Below are positions 17,708 through 27,462 of a DNA stretch of 64,000 nt, piece by piece. Numbering within the stretch: the stretch's first letter is position 1; every line of letters begins with the position of its first letter. The stretch is taken from positions 27,636 to 91,635 of the forward strand of contig JBAXXL010000007.1 of assembly GCA_037127915.1 (NCBI GenBank), given 5' to 3'. The stretch comes from a bacterium. Its GTDB lineage: Bacteria > Bacteroidota > Ignavibacteria > Kapaibacteriales > UBA2268. A model generated the notes under the pieces. It saw only the letters and a program-made list of their open reading frames with translations, made no database searches and had not been told where the DNA came from. A program made the translations under genes and the position numbers.

Positions 17708-20700
17708 CTACATCTTCACAAACTTCGCTATTTTAAGCCCTACTTTTACAAAATAAATACCTTTTGGCAAATTGGAGATGTTGAATCGTAGTAGCACGGC
17801 GTGCCGTGCCGAAGCCGTTAACACTTTTTCACCAAGTGTGTTGTAGATTTGAATTTCTGAACCTTCCGAAGGTTCGAAACCTTCGGAAGGTTTCAAAGTT
17901 ATTGTTATAAAATCACCTGCTGGGTTAGGAATAATATCAATAAATTCCGAATCATCATTCACACTCGATTCACCCGTTCTAAATGTCCAAATTTCGCTCC
18001 AGTAAGCTGAATCAATAGATTCTTCATTCCAAATTCGTACACGCCAATAGTAAAGCATCTGTGATTCTAAATTCGGTACAAAATGTTCAGTTGTAATGAT
18101 TGAATCCCGTGAAAAAACTAAATTCGTAAAATTATAGTTTTTTGAAATTTGCAATTGATAGTACTCGGAACCTATTACATCAGACCATTTGAAATTGACT
18201 TCCTCCCCCAAACCGGTTTGAGTGTTTTCAGGGTAGATTAGAGACAATTTTGACATTCCCGTTTTAAATTGCCAAATATTTGACCAATAGCCCAATGTGT
18301 CGCCCGATTCATTTCTCATTCTCCAAAAGTATTTGGTGAAATACTTCAAATCCACAACATTCATATGACTCTGATGTGTAAATATATTATCAGCTATAGT
18401 TTTAAAGTCTTTATCTTCTGAAATTTGCAATCTATAATACTTCTGATATATTCCTTCTTCCCATTCGAATTTGATAACTTGATGTAAATTAGAGGATTGA
18501 TTCACAGGTGCAATCAATTTTATACTATCCATTAATGTTGTAAATTTCCAAACCGGCGACCAATTGCTCTCCTCAGAACCAATAATAGCCTTTACACGCC
18601 AAAAATATGTTTGCAAAAAGTCTAAACGAGTGAACTTATAGTTGGTTAGTTTTGTTGTTGTATCAATTGCAATATCAGAGAAAATTTCATCCTTAGAAAC
18701 TTGTAAATTATATGATTCGTATGCTGAATTATTCTTCCAAATCAATTTGCAATCGATTGGAACATTAATTGTATCGTTAGCAGGCGAGACCAAATCTTGT
18801 GAATTACCCACTACTCCTTCGCCATAAAGCTGAACCTCAGCAGGACTGCCAACTCCATCGTAATAAAATGCAAGTATTCCGCTGGTGCGGCCAATATCGC
18901 TTGGTTTGAAGCGTAAATCAATCTTTTTAGTTTCATTAGGTTTTAAAGTGAAATTATCAATAGTTGCGATAGTTTTGAAATCCGTTAAATTTGGTCCATT
19001 GATTTGGGTATTTGTAATTGCTATAGGTTTCGGGCTTATGTTTTTTATTGTTAACACCTGAATTGAGTCTCTTTGATCACCTACATTCACTTTCCCAAAA
19101 TCCACTATCTCACTTTCGATTTTTAGTTGTTGTTCAATTCCTTCACCCCTAATATTTCGAACTAAAGTATCCGCCTGTGTTATTATGACCATTTCAGCAT
19201 TATATAAGCCTGCATGTTTCGGACTGAATCTGATTTCTTCCGGATGCCATAAATTTGGAAAAACTGTGTATTTTGGTAATTCAGAGACCAGCGAAAATGC
19301 ATTAGTGTCAGTACCACGGAAATAAATAGAATCTACAGTGAATGGAAGATTTCCCACATTTTTGATAAAATCAGTAACTATCGAGTCTTTTATACTTCTA
19401 ACAAGACATGTTTTCATATTTATATCATTGACTTTAATTAAAGGCTCTACTATTGAAAAGACAGCATCTGATTGGTCGGATTGAAGAATTACCTTTTGAA
19501 AATTTAACTTGGCAACCCAAAAATCTTCGTTGGAATCATGATAATCAAAACCAGCGATAATAAGTCCTCCATCAACAGTCGTTTGAAAACTATAGCCTAA
19601 ACTTACATCTCCCATTTGTAAAATTCTTTGAGAAATTATTTTACCTACCGAATTTAACTTAACTAACCAAGTACCTATACGATTATTGGGATTTTTTACA
19701 TCTCCATCATTTGAATATGTAATAATTGCTATAACATACCCTTCGTCATTAGTCCGACAAATCGAACCATAATGTTCAAAGTTACTCCCTCCAATTGCTT
19801 TTTCCCATTCTAACTTACCATTAGTTTTTAATTTTAAAATCCAACAGTCAGAAAAGGGTGTTGAAGGTTGGTTATGTGATCCGGTAACATCACCATCATT
19901 AGACCATGTTTCCCCAGCTACAATGTACCCACCATCTTTTGTTTGTTTAATTGAATATGGATAATCATTTTTAGACCCTCCCCACGTATATTGCCATTCA
20001 ATTAATCCCATTGAGTCAAGTTTACAAACCCAATAATCAGGTTTATGATTGTAAGCTAGGCTTTCACCCACCACGATGTAGCCATTATCATCAGTTATCT
20101 GAACATCGGCAGTGTAGTTTATAGTACCTTTGCTAGACGTTTTTTGCCATTCAATTTCTCCTATAGAATTTAATTTCAATAACCACACAAAACTATCAGT
20201 TGAACTCATATTAACAGCAACAATATAACCTCCATCACGGGTTTGTTTAATTGCACGGGCTTCAGCAGAATAACCCTCACTATAAGTTTTTTGCCACTCC
20301 ACATCACCATTTGTTTTAAACTTTACTATCCAAATATTTGAACCTCCGGTATATCCAATAACATCACCATCCGGTGATTGGGTTGATCCTGCTACAATAT
20401 AACCACCATCCATAGTTTGCTGAACGGAAAAAGCTTCGTCATCTTCACTCCCACCCAAGGACTTCTGCCACATTATCATGCCTAATGAATCCACTTTTAC
20501 TAACCACCAATCAAATTTACCTTTATTTTCTGTTAGGTCTCCATCTTTGGACAAAGAAACACCGGCAACTATATAACCACCATCATTTGTTTGCTGAATG
20601 GAATTTGCAACGTCAGAATCGCTCCCTCCATAAGATTTTTGCCATTCAGTAATTATTTCATCACTAACGTATCCATGACTTATTCTGATTATACAGCGGT

Positions 20701-22138
20701 TGCTTAATGACTTTGGAATGTTTTTCCAAATATATTTCAAACCCGTAGCTTTGTCAGTAATTACTTTCCAAGATACTCCATTATCTATACTGTATTTCAG
20801 TGTGACTAAATCTGAAGGCATAACTCCTTCCCAAGTAATCAGTGTATCCAAACCAGTTACAAAAACTTCACCTCCATTTGGGTGAGTTAGTCTTAGTGTT
20901 TGTTGTATCATAGGCTTATCTGGAAAACCACCAATGGCACTGAAACTCGCTGAACAATTTTCTGTTAATATTTCAAATCCTCCATAGCTTAGATTTGAAT
21001 CAGTTGGAGTAAATCGTATAGGTATTTTAAATGTTGCATTTTTTGGAATGGTTAAAGGAAAAGATACATTTTTTATTCGGTAAGCATTCGAACCATATTT
21101 TAAATTAATAGCTGTGATTTTAAAATCACTTCCGATTGCTTTTATGTTTATAGTTGTATCAATTGATTTTCCCGGAACCACCTGCCCGAATAAAATAGAC
21201 AATGGAGTAACTTCAAGTTTTTGAATGGCTGTCGCCGGCGTAGGGTACATATTCGCTACTTTTAGTCCATTCCAAGTTAACTCAACATTAACATCTGCGG
21301 TATCACAATTTGCTTCACTTTTCCAGGTAATTGAACAAAGTTCGGCACCTTGGGCTAATTTTAAAATTAAGTGATATATTTCGGTGGCTTTGCTTTCAGT
21401 AGTAATATTTTCATACCACTGACCACCGGTTTGAGTTGATATATCCTGCAACTCTTTTGGACATTTCATATCCACTGAAACGACAAATATTTTGCATTTT
21501 TGCAATTTTGCTTCCGCAACTATTTTGCTTACATCTGTTTTTGAGCTAGATAGTCCATCAATCATCAATACAATTACTTTTTGATATTTTCCTGTTTTGG
21601 TTGCGCGCAAACCACCGCAGATCGAGTCAATTAATGCTTTGTTAAAATCGGTACCATCGCCGTAAGATAAATTGTTGACTGCGGTCAGCAATTTATTTTT
21701 ATCGGGTGTGAAATCCTGATTAAAATAGTTAAAGTGGTTGAAAGTTGTCAGAGCGCATTGGCTATTGTTCGCTGGAATAGCATTAACCCAGGCTTGTGCG
21801 GCGGCTTTTGCTATGTCTAAATGTATTCCGTTCATTGAATTTGAAATATCCATAACCAGAACACTCGAAAGCACGAGTGGTTTTATTGGAGTTGAGCACG
21901 TAACATTGAGTACTGTCCTTGTTAATCCATTTTCTTTTATCGACAACTCACCTTTATCAGGACTTTGCTGGTTCCATGAGGCGTCGAAAGCAAAAAAGTT
22001 TGCCTTGACATTTGGGAATCCCGAAGCATCAACATTAGAAATAAATAAGTTCTGACTATTTGCAGAATAAGTAATCAAGAATATAATAAAACAAAGTAAT
22101 CGTTTTTTCATAAAGCACCTACTCAATAAAATGAACAT
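17708..22138 (-). CDS. Giant (1476 aa) array member. Same N-terminal module, VWA and Ig-like domains as the paralogs, then a multi-blade beta-propeller (SBBP-like DGGYIVAG repeats), further Ig-like domains, three fn3-like repeats and a T9SS C-terminal sorting domain; no FISUMP domain
   Basis: N-terminus NLFISNVDASGFPNVKANFFAFDASWNQ...VLVMDISNSM...VIVLMIDGLSS matches the paralog N-module plus VWA. At least seven repeats of the type SYGGSDSDVANSIQQTNDGGYIVAGVS...DWWLVKVDSLGMIMWQK are beta-propeller blades. Three repeats resemble WKNNSAYESYNLQVSKDE...YFWRVKA (fn3-like). C-terminus NPAGDFITITL...IQIYNTLGEKV...LPKGIYFVKVG is a typical T9SS CTD. An alternative start at the internal MKKRLLCF (22111) is possible. 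Confidence 0.85.
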   Translation of the reverse strand: MFILLSRCFMKKRLLCFIIFLITYSANSQNLFISNVDASGFPNVKANFFAFDASWNQQSPDKGELSIKENGLTRTVLNVTCSTPIKPLVLSSVLVMDISNSMNGIHLDIAKAAAQAWVNAIPANNSQCALTTFNHFNYFNQDFTPDKNKLLTAVNNLSYGDGTDFNKALIDSICGGLRATKTGKYQKVIVLMIDGLSSSKTDVSKIVAEAKLQKCKIFVVSVDMKCPKELQDISTQTGGQWYENITTESKATEIYHLILKLAQGAELCSITWKSEANCDTADVNVELTWNGLKVANMYPTPATAIQKLEVTPLSILFGQVVPGKSIDTTINIKAIGSDFKITAINLKYGSNAYRIKNVSFPLTIPKNATFKIPIRFTPTDSNLSYGGFEILTENCSASFSAIGGFPDKPMIQQTLRLTHPNGGEVFVTGLDTLITWEGVMPSDLVTLKYSIDNGVSWKVITDKATGLKYIWKNIPKSLSNRCIIRISHGYVSDEIITEWQKSYGGSDSDVANSIQQTNDGGYIVAGVSLSKDGDLTENKGKFDWWLVKVDSLGMIMWQKSLGGSEDDEAFSVQQTMDGGYIVAGSTQSPDGDVIGYTGGSNIWIVKFKTNGDVEWQKTYSEGYSAEARAIKQTRDGGYIVAVNMSSTDSFVWLLKLNSIGEIEWQKTSSKGTINYTADVQITDDNGYIVVGESLAYNHKPDYWVCKLDSMGLIEWQYTWGGSKNDYPYSIKQTKDGGYIVAGETWSNDGDVTGSHNQPSTPFSDCWILKLKTNGKLEWEKAIGGSNFEHYGSICRTNDEGYVIAIITYSNDGDVKNPNNRIGTWLVKLNSVGKIISQRILQMGDVSLGYSFQTTVDGGLIIAGFDYHDSNEDFWVAKLNFQKVILQSDQSDAVFSIVEPLIKVNDINMKTCLVRSIKDSIVTDFIKNVGNLPFTVDSIYFRGTDTNAFSLVSELPKYTVFPNLWHPEEIRFSPKHAGLYNAEMVIITQADTLVRNIRGEGIEQQLKIESEIVDFGKVNVGDQRDSIQVLTIKNISPKPIAITNTQINGPNLTDFKTIATIDNFTLKPNETKKIDLRFKPSDIGRTSGILAFYYDGVGSPAEVQLYGEGVVGNSQDLVSPANDTINVPIDCKLIWKNNSAYESYNLQVSKDEIFSDIAIDTTTKLTNYKFTRLDFLQTYFWRVKAIIGSEESNWSPVWKFTTLMDSIKLIAPVNQSSNLHQVIKFEWEEGIYQKYYRLQISEDKDFKTIADNIFTHQSHMNVVDLKYFTKYFWRMRNESGDTLGYWSNIWQFKTGMSKLSLIYPENTQTGLGEEVNFKWSDVIGSEYYQLQISKNYNFTNLVFSRDSIITTEHFVPNLESQMLYYWRVRIWNEESIDSAYWSEIWTFRTGESSVNDDSEFIDIIPNPAGDFITITLKPSEGFEPSEGSEIQIYNTLGEKVLTASARHAVLLRFNISNLPKGIYFVKVGLKIAKFVKM

Positions 22139-22222
22139 TTGCTAATTTTTTATAATTCAGTCGTAAAAATATGATTTTTTTTTTTATCGAACAAATTTTT
22201 TTTAGAAATATATGATATTTTT

Positions 22223-22255
22223 ACTTATCCGATGCCTACGAGTCATAGAACGAGT
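22223..22255. promoter_or_regulatory. Degenerate copy of the ACTCATC...GATGAGT element upstream of the 1476-aa gene
   Basis: Aligns at about 24 of 33 positions with 17667..17699. Confidence 0.35.
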
Positions 22256-22326
22256 TGTTTGTTTAGTATTTTTTTCTTAATTTTACATTTCATATTAGGT
22301 ATTAATAACAAACAATAAGTGAAAAA

Positions 22327-23253
22327 ATGAAAAAGTTCGCATTAGTATTAATTCTCACAGCAGTAAGTAGTTTTTCGCTGTTCTCTCAAACAGTTGACAA
22401 TATTGTTGAAAACAACTTGCAATTGCTAGGTCAGGGCAAAGGTAATCAAGTAAAAACAGAACTGATTGATTTAATGGCAAAATATCCTAATGAACCAGGT
22501 ATCCGCTATTTGCTTGCAACCGTATCGAAGGATCATAGCGCGGCTCTAAGTATTTACAACGATATTATTAAGCACAATAGCGAGAGCCAATGGGCTGATG
22601 ATTGCTATTGGCGCCTTATACAGTATTACGCCATAACCGGTGAGGTCACAAAAGCTGAAGATTATTTACAAGCGATGAGAAAAGATTATCCAAACTCAAG
22701 TTTGCTTATGCCGGCTTGCGATGTAATAACAACCGTTTATTCAAAATTGCCAAAAGACGAACAAATAAAGACTTATACATTTACAGCAGTTCCCGAAACT
22801 GATAAGCCCGTTTCGACTCCTGAAAAAATAAATACAGAGTCCATCGCGGTTCAAGAGCAAGCTGTAGAAAAGAAACCCAAAATTGAAGATAAAGTTGTAC
22901 AGAAAGAAATCATTAAACCTCAAGTAATTAAAGCTGATACTACAAAAACGACCATTCAACAAACCAAAGTTGTGGCAAAACAAGACATAGAAGCCGAAGA
23001 CCCGCCGATTAACACAAGTAATGAAAAATTTGCTTTACAAGTAGGTGTTTATAGGGAATTAGTTCGTGCAGAAGCTGAGCAAAAATTCTATATTGATAAA
23101 AGAATACGCTCGGCAATAGCAAAAAAAGTAATCAATGGCGAAACAATGTATTCCGTTGTTGTAGGCGAATATTCTTCTGCGGAGCGCGCTGAAAAAGCTA
23201 AACGAATTGTTGAAAAAGAGTGCAACTGCAAACCAATTATAGTTAACAAATAA
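22327..23253 (+). CDS. Secreted TPR-like protein with C-terminal SPOR (peptidoglycan-binding) domain
   Basis: Signal peptide MKKFALVLILTAVSSFSLFSQ. C-terminal FALQVGVYRELVRAEAEQKF...YSVVVGEYSSAERAEKAKRIV resembles a SPOR domain. Its stop overlaps the tatC start (TAATG), indicating translational coupling. Confidence 0.6.
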   Translation: MKKFALVLILTAVSSFSLFSQTVDNIVENNLQLLGQGKGNQVKTELIDLMAKYPNEPGIRYLLATVSKDHSAALSIYNDIIKHNSESQWADDCYWRLIQYYAITGEVTKAEDYLQAMRKDYPNSSLLMPACDVITTVYSKLPKDEQIKTYTFTAVPETDKPVSTPEKINTESIAVQEQAVEKKPKIEDKVVQKEIIKPQVIKADTTKTTIQQTKVVAKQDIEAEDPPINTSNEKFALQVGVYRELVRAEAEQKFYIDKRIRSAIAKKVINGETMYSVVVGEYSSAERAEKAKRIVEKECNCKPIIVNK

Positions 23254-23978
23254 TGTCTGAAACAGAAGATGAAATACCGCTGATTTCGCATATTAAAGAA
23301 TTGCGATCTAGACTTCTATATTCTCTTATAGCTTTAATTATTAGTTCTGTAATAGCAGGTATATTCAATAAATTTATAATTGAACAACTTGTGCTTTTAC
23401 CAGCTGAAAAAAGCGGTCTAATTTTACAAAATTTACGTGTTTTCGGACAGCCAATTTTATATTTTAAAATTATTTTCGTAGCCGGTTTGATACTTTCATC
23501 GCCGGTTATTTTATATCAAATTTGGCTTTTTGTAAAACCGGCACTTCATAAACACGAAATCCAGTGGTCTCGTTCAATCGCGATATTCACAACAATTTGT
23601 TTTTTATCAGGTGTGGTCTTTTCGTACTTAGTACTTATGCCTACGATGCTTGATTTTGCTTCAAGTTTCGGCACTAAGCTTATTAACAATCAGATAGATG
23701 TGAACTATTATTTGAGCTTTTTAATAATGCTTTTATTATCAATGGGCATATTATTTGAACTGCCAATTTTAACATTTATTTTATCCCGTGCCGGGATAAT
23801 CACTCATAAAACGATGCTGAAATACTGGCGTCATTCATTAATTGTCATATTAATTGTAGCCGCGGTTTTAACACCTACCCCCGACCCTATTAGTCAATCG
23901 ATATTTGCCGCTCCTTTGTGTGTCTTGTATATAATCAGCATTTTTGTGGCTAAATCAGCAGAAAAAAAGAAATCTTAA
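23253..23978 (+). CDS. tatC: Twin-arginine translocase subunit TatC
   Basis: N-terminal ISHIKELRSRLLYSLIALII matches the TatC hallmark (LxxHLxELRxRL); multiple TM segments; 241 aa. Confidence 0.85.
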   Translation: MSETEDEIPLISHIKELRSRLLYSLIALIISSVIAGIFNKFIIEQLVLLPAEKSGLILQNLRVFGQPILYFKIIFVAGLILSSPVILYQIWLFVKPALHKHEIQWSRSIAIFTTICFLSGVVFSYLVLMPTMLDFASSFGTKLINNQIDVNYYLSFLIMLLLSMGILFELPILTFILSRAGIITHKTMLKYWRHSLIVILIVAAVLTPTPDPISQSIFAAPLCVLYIISIFVAKSAEKKKS

Positions 23979-23980
23979 GA

Positions 23981-24820
23981 TTAATTTTCTGAGGCTTTCT
24001 TACGAGCAATAGCGAATACTTCTACACCTGTGATCCAGCTGTAATAATATGCAAGTTTCCTTCTTAAAGATATAGTTTGATTAAAATACTTTCTATAAAC
24101 ACTATTGGATAGGCGCTTAGCTTGATTGGTTTTACAATTCTGAGGTCTTCTACTTTTAACTAAAATAATTTCAAACCCATTATGCTCTAATAAATACGAT
24201 AGTGAATTTATAGTATAATGAAAATAATGGTTTTGAGGTTGAAACCAAATCCATCTGCTTTTTAAAATCCTACTCCAGAATGAACCAATATCGGGTACCC
24301 TAATTGAAATAATGGCTTCCTCATTCATGTATTCTTTAATACTTTGTAAAAACTCAACTGGTTCAACAAGATGTTCTAATGAATGATTCATTGTGACGAT
24401 GTCCACTTTTGAATTAAGTAATCGCAAATTATCATATATGGTTAAACCGTTCATTCTACAGTATTCCGTAGAGCTTTCTGATAATTCTATTCCAACAACA
24501 TTATAGCCAAACCGGCGTGCCTCTTCAATTAAAAATCCTTTATCACACCCAAAATCCAGAAAATTAGCGGGTGCAGGTTTATATTTGCTTATGGTTGATA
24601 GTAAAAACATCTGTTCAGGTAATGCAGATAATCTTCTTATATCAACATCAAGTTTATCACCTTCTTTGATAACATAGTTATTTCTGTAATATTCATCTAA
24701 GTTGTTAATATCTTTATTGTTTGCGCAATATATAATCCCGCATTGAGGGCATTTAATTAAGCTTTCATTTTTAATTTTTAAATCATTGGTTTCTTCACAA
24801 CCACAAATTATACATTTCAT
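23981..24820 (-). CDS. Class I SAM-dependent methyltransferase with N-terminal CxxC...CPQCG zinc-ribbon
   Basis: MKCIICGCEET...CPQCGIIYC zinc ribbon; FLDFGCDKGFLIEEARRFGYNVVGIELSE is methyltransferase motif I. Confidence 0.6.
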   Translation of the reverse strand: MKCIICGCEETNDLKIKNESLIKCPQCGIIYCANNKDINNLDEYYRNNYVIKEGDKLDVDIRRLSALPEQMFLLSTISKYKPAPANFLDFGCDKGFLIEEARRFGYNVVGIELSESSTEYCRMNGLTIYDNLRLLNSKVDIVTMNHSLEHLVEPVEFLQSIKEYMNEEAIISIRVPDIGSFWSRILKSRWIWFQPQNHYFHYTINSLSYLLEHNGFEIILVKSRRPQNCKTNQAKRLSNSVYRKYFNQTISLRRKLAYYYSWITGVEVFAIARKKASEN

Positions 24821-24825
24821 ATTTA

Positions 24826-26286
24826 TTATTCTTTATCATTATTATTAATATTATTAGCTAGTCCTTTAAGGAAATACTCTATTAAAGGACGCTTAGAAAA
24901 ACTTAGAATATAGATAGGAGCATTGTTTTGAATTAATATCCTATGTTCAACAGCTAAAATAAAACCAAATGGAATCCAAAACCAATCACTAATCAATGGA
25001 TAACCGGTTATAAAGTTAATTTCAAACATTTCCAACATCCAGAAGAAAATAATTCCGGCAAATCTTTTCATATCAGGTGATAAATTCATATTATCAATAT
25101 TTTTAATATATTGAAAACCTTTGTAAAACAAAAGCCCAAACATACCTGTAAAAACAAGTGCTGAAAAAATTCCGGTCTCGGAAAGTAATCCCACTAAAGC
25201 AGTGTCAGGGAAAAGTATTTTATATGCTAAGTTGCTTGTGTTATCGAATTGTTGCCCATAAAATGAAGTGCCGCCAAATCCGATACCAAATAAAGGAGAA
25301 ATTGTCCAAATCTTAATTGATACAATTTGACTACCCATTCGGCCAAAGAAAGATTCACCCTGCATCCCTGTACTCATGCCTCCATAACCAAACAGAAATG
25401 ATATTCTATTCCAAAACAAACCTGCTACACTAACTCCTAAATATGCATTGACGATAGTATCAACAATAAATAAAACAACTATGGAACCAATTAATATTGG
25501 CAAAATATATTTTTTGACACGATTAAAGTTAAATATAAGTAACGCAACCAAAATCATTCCAATACCTAAAGCTCCTGTCAAAGAAAATGTCAAAAAAGCG
25601 GCGATAATTGAAAACCCAAAAACAGCTATATTTAAAGCCTTTTTTTTGAAAAACATACCCGTTTTTTGAATAAATGGTACAATGTTTAATAATATTACTA
25701 ATACATTCAATGCGGCTAATGAAGATGGCTCAGGGAAATATGAGGTGGCTCTATAGAAATTCTCATATTGCAAACTTAATTGGGAAAAATCTTCGATAGA
25801 TTCGTGCATTCCTCTGGCAACATAACCTACATTAGTGAATTTTATCCAAGCTAATGGTAAATCGAATCCTCTTGCAAAAATTTGGTACACAGCAAAAATA
25901 TTGGTAATAAGAGAAATTATGAGAAATATCTGGATACACCGCGTTAGAACCTTTTCATCAGGAGGGTCCAAGAAAAAATAAAGCCCAATAAACGACAAAT
26001 AATAAAAATGCGATGAAGTTTTAAAGAACTGGATTATGTGCTCAGTATTTCCTTTGCTTAAAGGATAAATAAGCGACAAAGGAATAATTAATAATAGAAT
26101 TGCTAATAGAATAAATACGCTAGATTTCGGAATAGGATATTTTTTCCCATCAAAAAAAGCTTGTTTAACAAATCTGATGATTAAAAAAGCAATCATTAAA
26201 TCGACAGGTTTGAATCCAAACCCAGCAAAATCAAACAATTGCCATCCGCCGAGGAAATATGATATGAATAATAAATAGTATAGCAA
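24826..26286 (-). CDS. Polytopic membrane protein, O-antigen ligase/polymerase-like (assignment tentative)
   Basis: 486 aa, more than 10 predicted TM helices with a large loop. Gene context with methyltransferase and GT39 glycosyltransferase suggests an envelope glycan function. Confidence 0.45.
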   Translation of the reverse strand: MLYYLLFISYFLGGWQLFDFAGFGFKPVDLMIAFLIIRFVKQAFFDGKKYPIPKSSVFILLAILLLIIPLSLIYPLSKGNTEHIIQFFKTSSHFYYLSFIGLYFFLDPPDEKVLTRCIQIFLIISLITNIFAVYQIFARGFDLPLAWIKFTNVGYVARGMHESIEDFSQLSLQYENFYRATSYFPEPSSLAALNVLVILLNIVPFIQKTGMFFKKKALNIAVFGFSIIAAFLTFSLTGALGIGMILVALLIFNFNRVKKYILPILIGSIVVLFIVDTIVNAYLGVSVAGLFWNRISFLFGYGGMSTGMQGESFFGRMGSQIVSIKIWTISPLFGIGFGGTSFYGQQFDNTSNLAYKILFPDTALVGLLSETGIFSALVFTGMFGLLFYKGFQYIKNIDNMNLSPDMKRFAGIIFFWMLEMFEINFITGYPLISDWFWIPFGFILAVEHRILIQNNAPIYILSFSKRPLIEYFLKGLANNINNNDKE

Positions 26287-26415
26287 ATTTATAAAGTTTT
26301 AATATTTTAACAAGAATTATTTACGAATTTAAAAAAAATATCCTGAAATTAATTGAAGACTCGTTTTTTTTTTATAATTTTGATTTTTTTTAAACGATAT
26401 TTTACGGAATAAACA

Positions 26416-27324
26416 ATGAAAGTCTTAATCACCGATGGAATCGCTAAAGAAGGCGCACAAATATTAATTAACGCCGGATTGGAAGTAATTCAAGAAAAAG
26501 TACCTCAAGAACTTTTACCTGAAATAATAAAAGATTATGATGCAATTATGGTTCGCTCTGCAACAAAAGTTCCAAAAGAAGTAATTGATGCAGGTGTCAA
26601 ATTGAAAGCTATTGCGCGCGGAGGTGTCGGATTAGATAATATAGATGTAGCATACGCCAAAGAAAAAGGGATCGCAGTCTTGAATACTCCTGGAGCTTCT
26701 TCGATTTCAGTTGCAGAATTAGCTATTGCTCACATGATAAGTGTTGGACGTTTTTTGCATCGTTCAAATGTTGAAATGCCTCAGGGTAAATGGCCCAAAA
26801 AAGAGTATAGTGCTGGCCGTGAAGTTACCGGAAAAACTTTAGGCTTGTTCGGTATAGGCAATATTGGAAGAGAAACTGCAAAACGAGCTATTGGATTAGG
26901 TATGAAAGTAATTGCTACCGATCCTTACATTACTTCAGTAGATTTGGATGTAGAACTCGTTTCTAAAGATGAATTATTAAAACGTGCTGATATTATCTCA
27001 ATGCACATCCCTTTTATCAAAGCAGAAGGTCCGGCAATAACCAAAACCGAATTTGACAAAATGAAAGATGGCGTTATAGTAATCAATTGTGCCCGTGGCG
27101 GCGTTATTAAAGAATCAGACTTATTGGATGCTCTTAACAGTGGAAAAGTCGCTCTAGCAGGGATTGACGTATGGGAACAGGAACCTTGCGGTGAAGAACA
27201 ACGTGCTTTAATCGAGCATCCGAATGTTTCTGCTACGCCTCATATTGGTGCTTCAACAAATGAAGCTCAAGACCGCGTTAGTATCGAAATCGCTGAACGC
27301 GTAGTTGCCGCTTTGTTATCATAA
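26416..27324 (+). CDS. serA: D-isomer-specific 2-hydroxyacid dehydrogenase, probable short-form D-3-phosphoglycerate dehydrogenase
   Basis: GLFGIGNIGRETAKRAIGLGMKVIATDPY is a NAD-binding Rossmann motif. RGGVGLDNID and HIPF..AEG motifs are typical of the PGDH/2-HADH family. 302 aa. Confidence 0.75.
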   Translation: MKVLITDGIAKEGAQILINAGLEVIQEKVPQELLPEIIKDYDAIMVRSATKVPKEVIDAGVKLKAIARGGVGLDNIDVAYAKEKGIAVLNTPGASSISVAELAIAHMISVGRFLHRSNVEMPQGKWPKKEYSAGREVTGKTLGLFGIGNIGRETAKRAIGLGMKVIATDPYITSVDLDVELVSKDELLKRADIISMHIPFIKAEGPAITKTEFDKMKDGVIVINCARGGVIKESDLLDALNSGKVALAGIDVWEQEPCGEEQRALIEHPNVSATPHIGASTNEAQDRVSIEIAERVVAALLS

Positions 27325-27360
27325 ATACATTTAGAATAATCTTCATTTGAAGCTTTAATC

Positions 27361-27398
27361 AGAGACTGTTTACAAAAAAAAACAGTCTCTTTTTCTTT
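27361..27398 (+). terminator. Intrinsic terminator after serA-like gene
   Basis: AGAGACTGTTT-acaaaaaaa-AACAGTCTCT perfect 11-bp stem followed by TTTTCTTT. Confidence 0.7.
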
Positions 27399-27462
27399 GG
27401 GAAATACTAATAAATCCTTAGTGAAATCGAATTATTATATATATTTTTTGTAATTTTAAATA

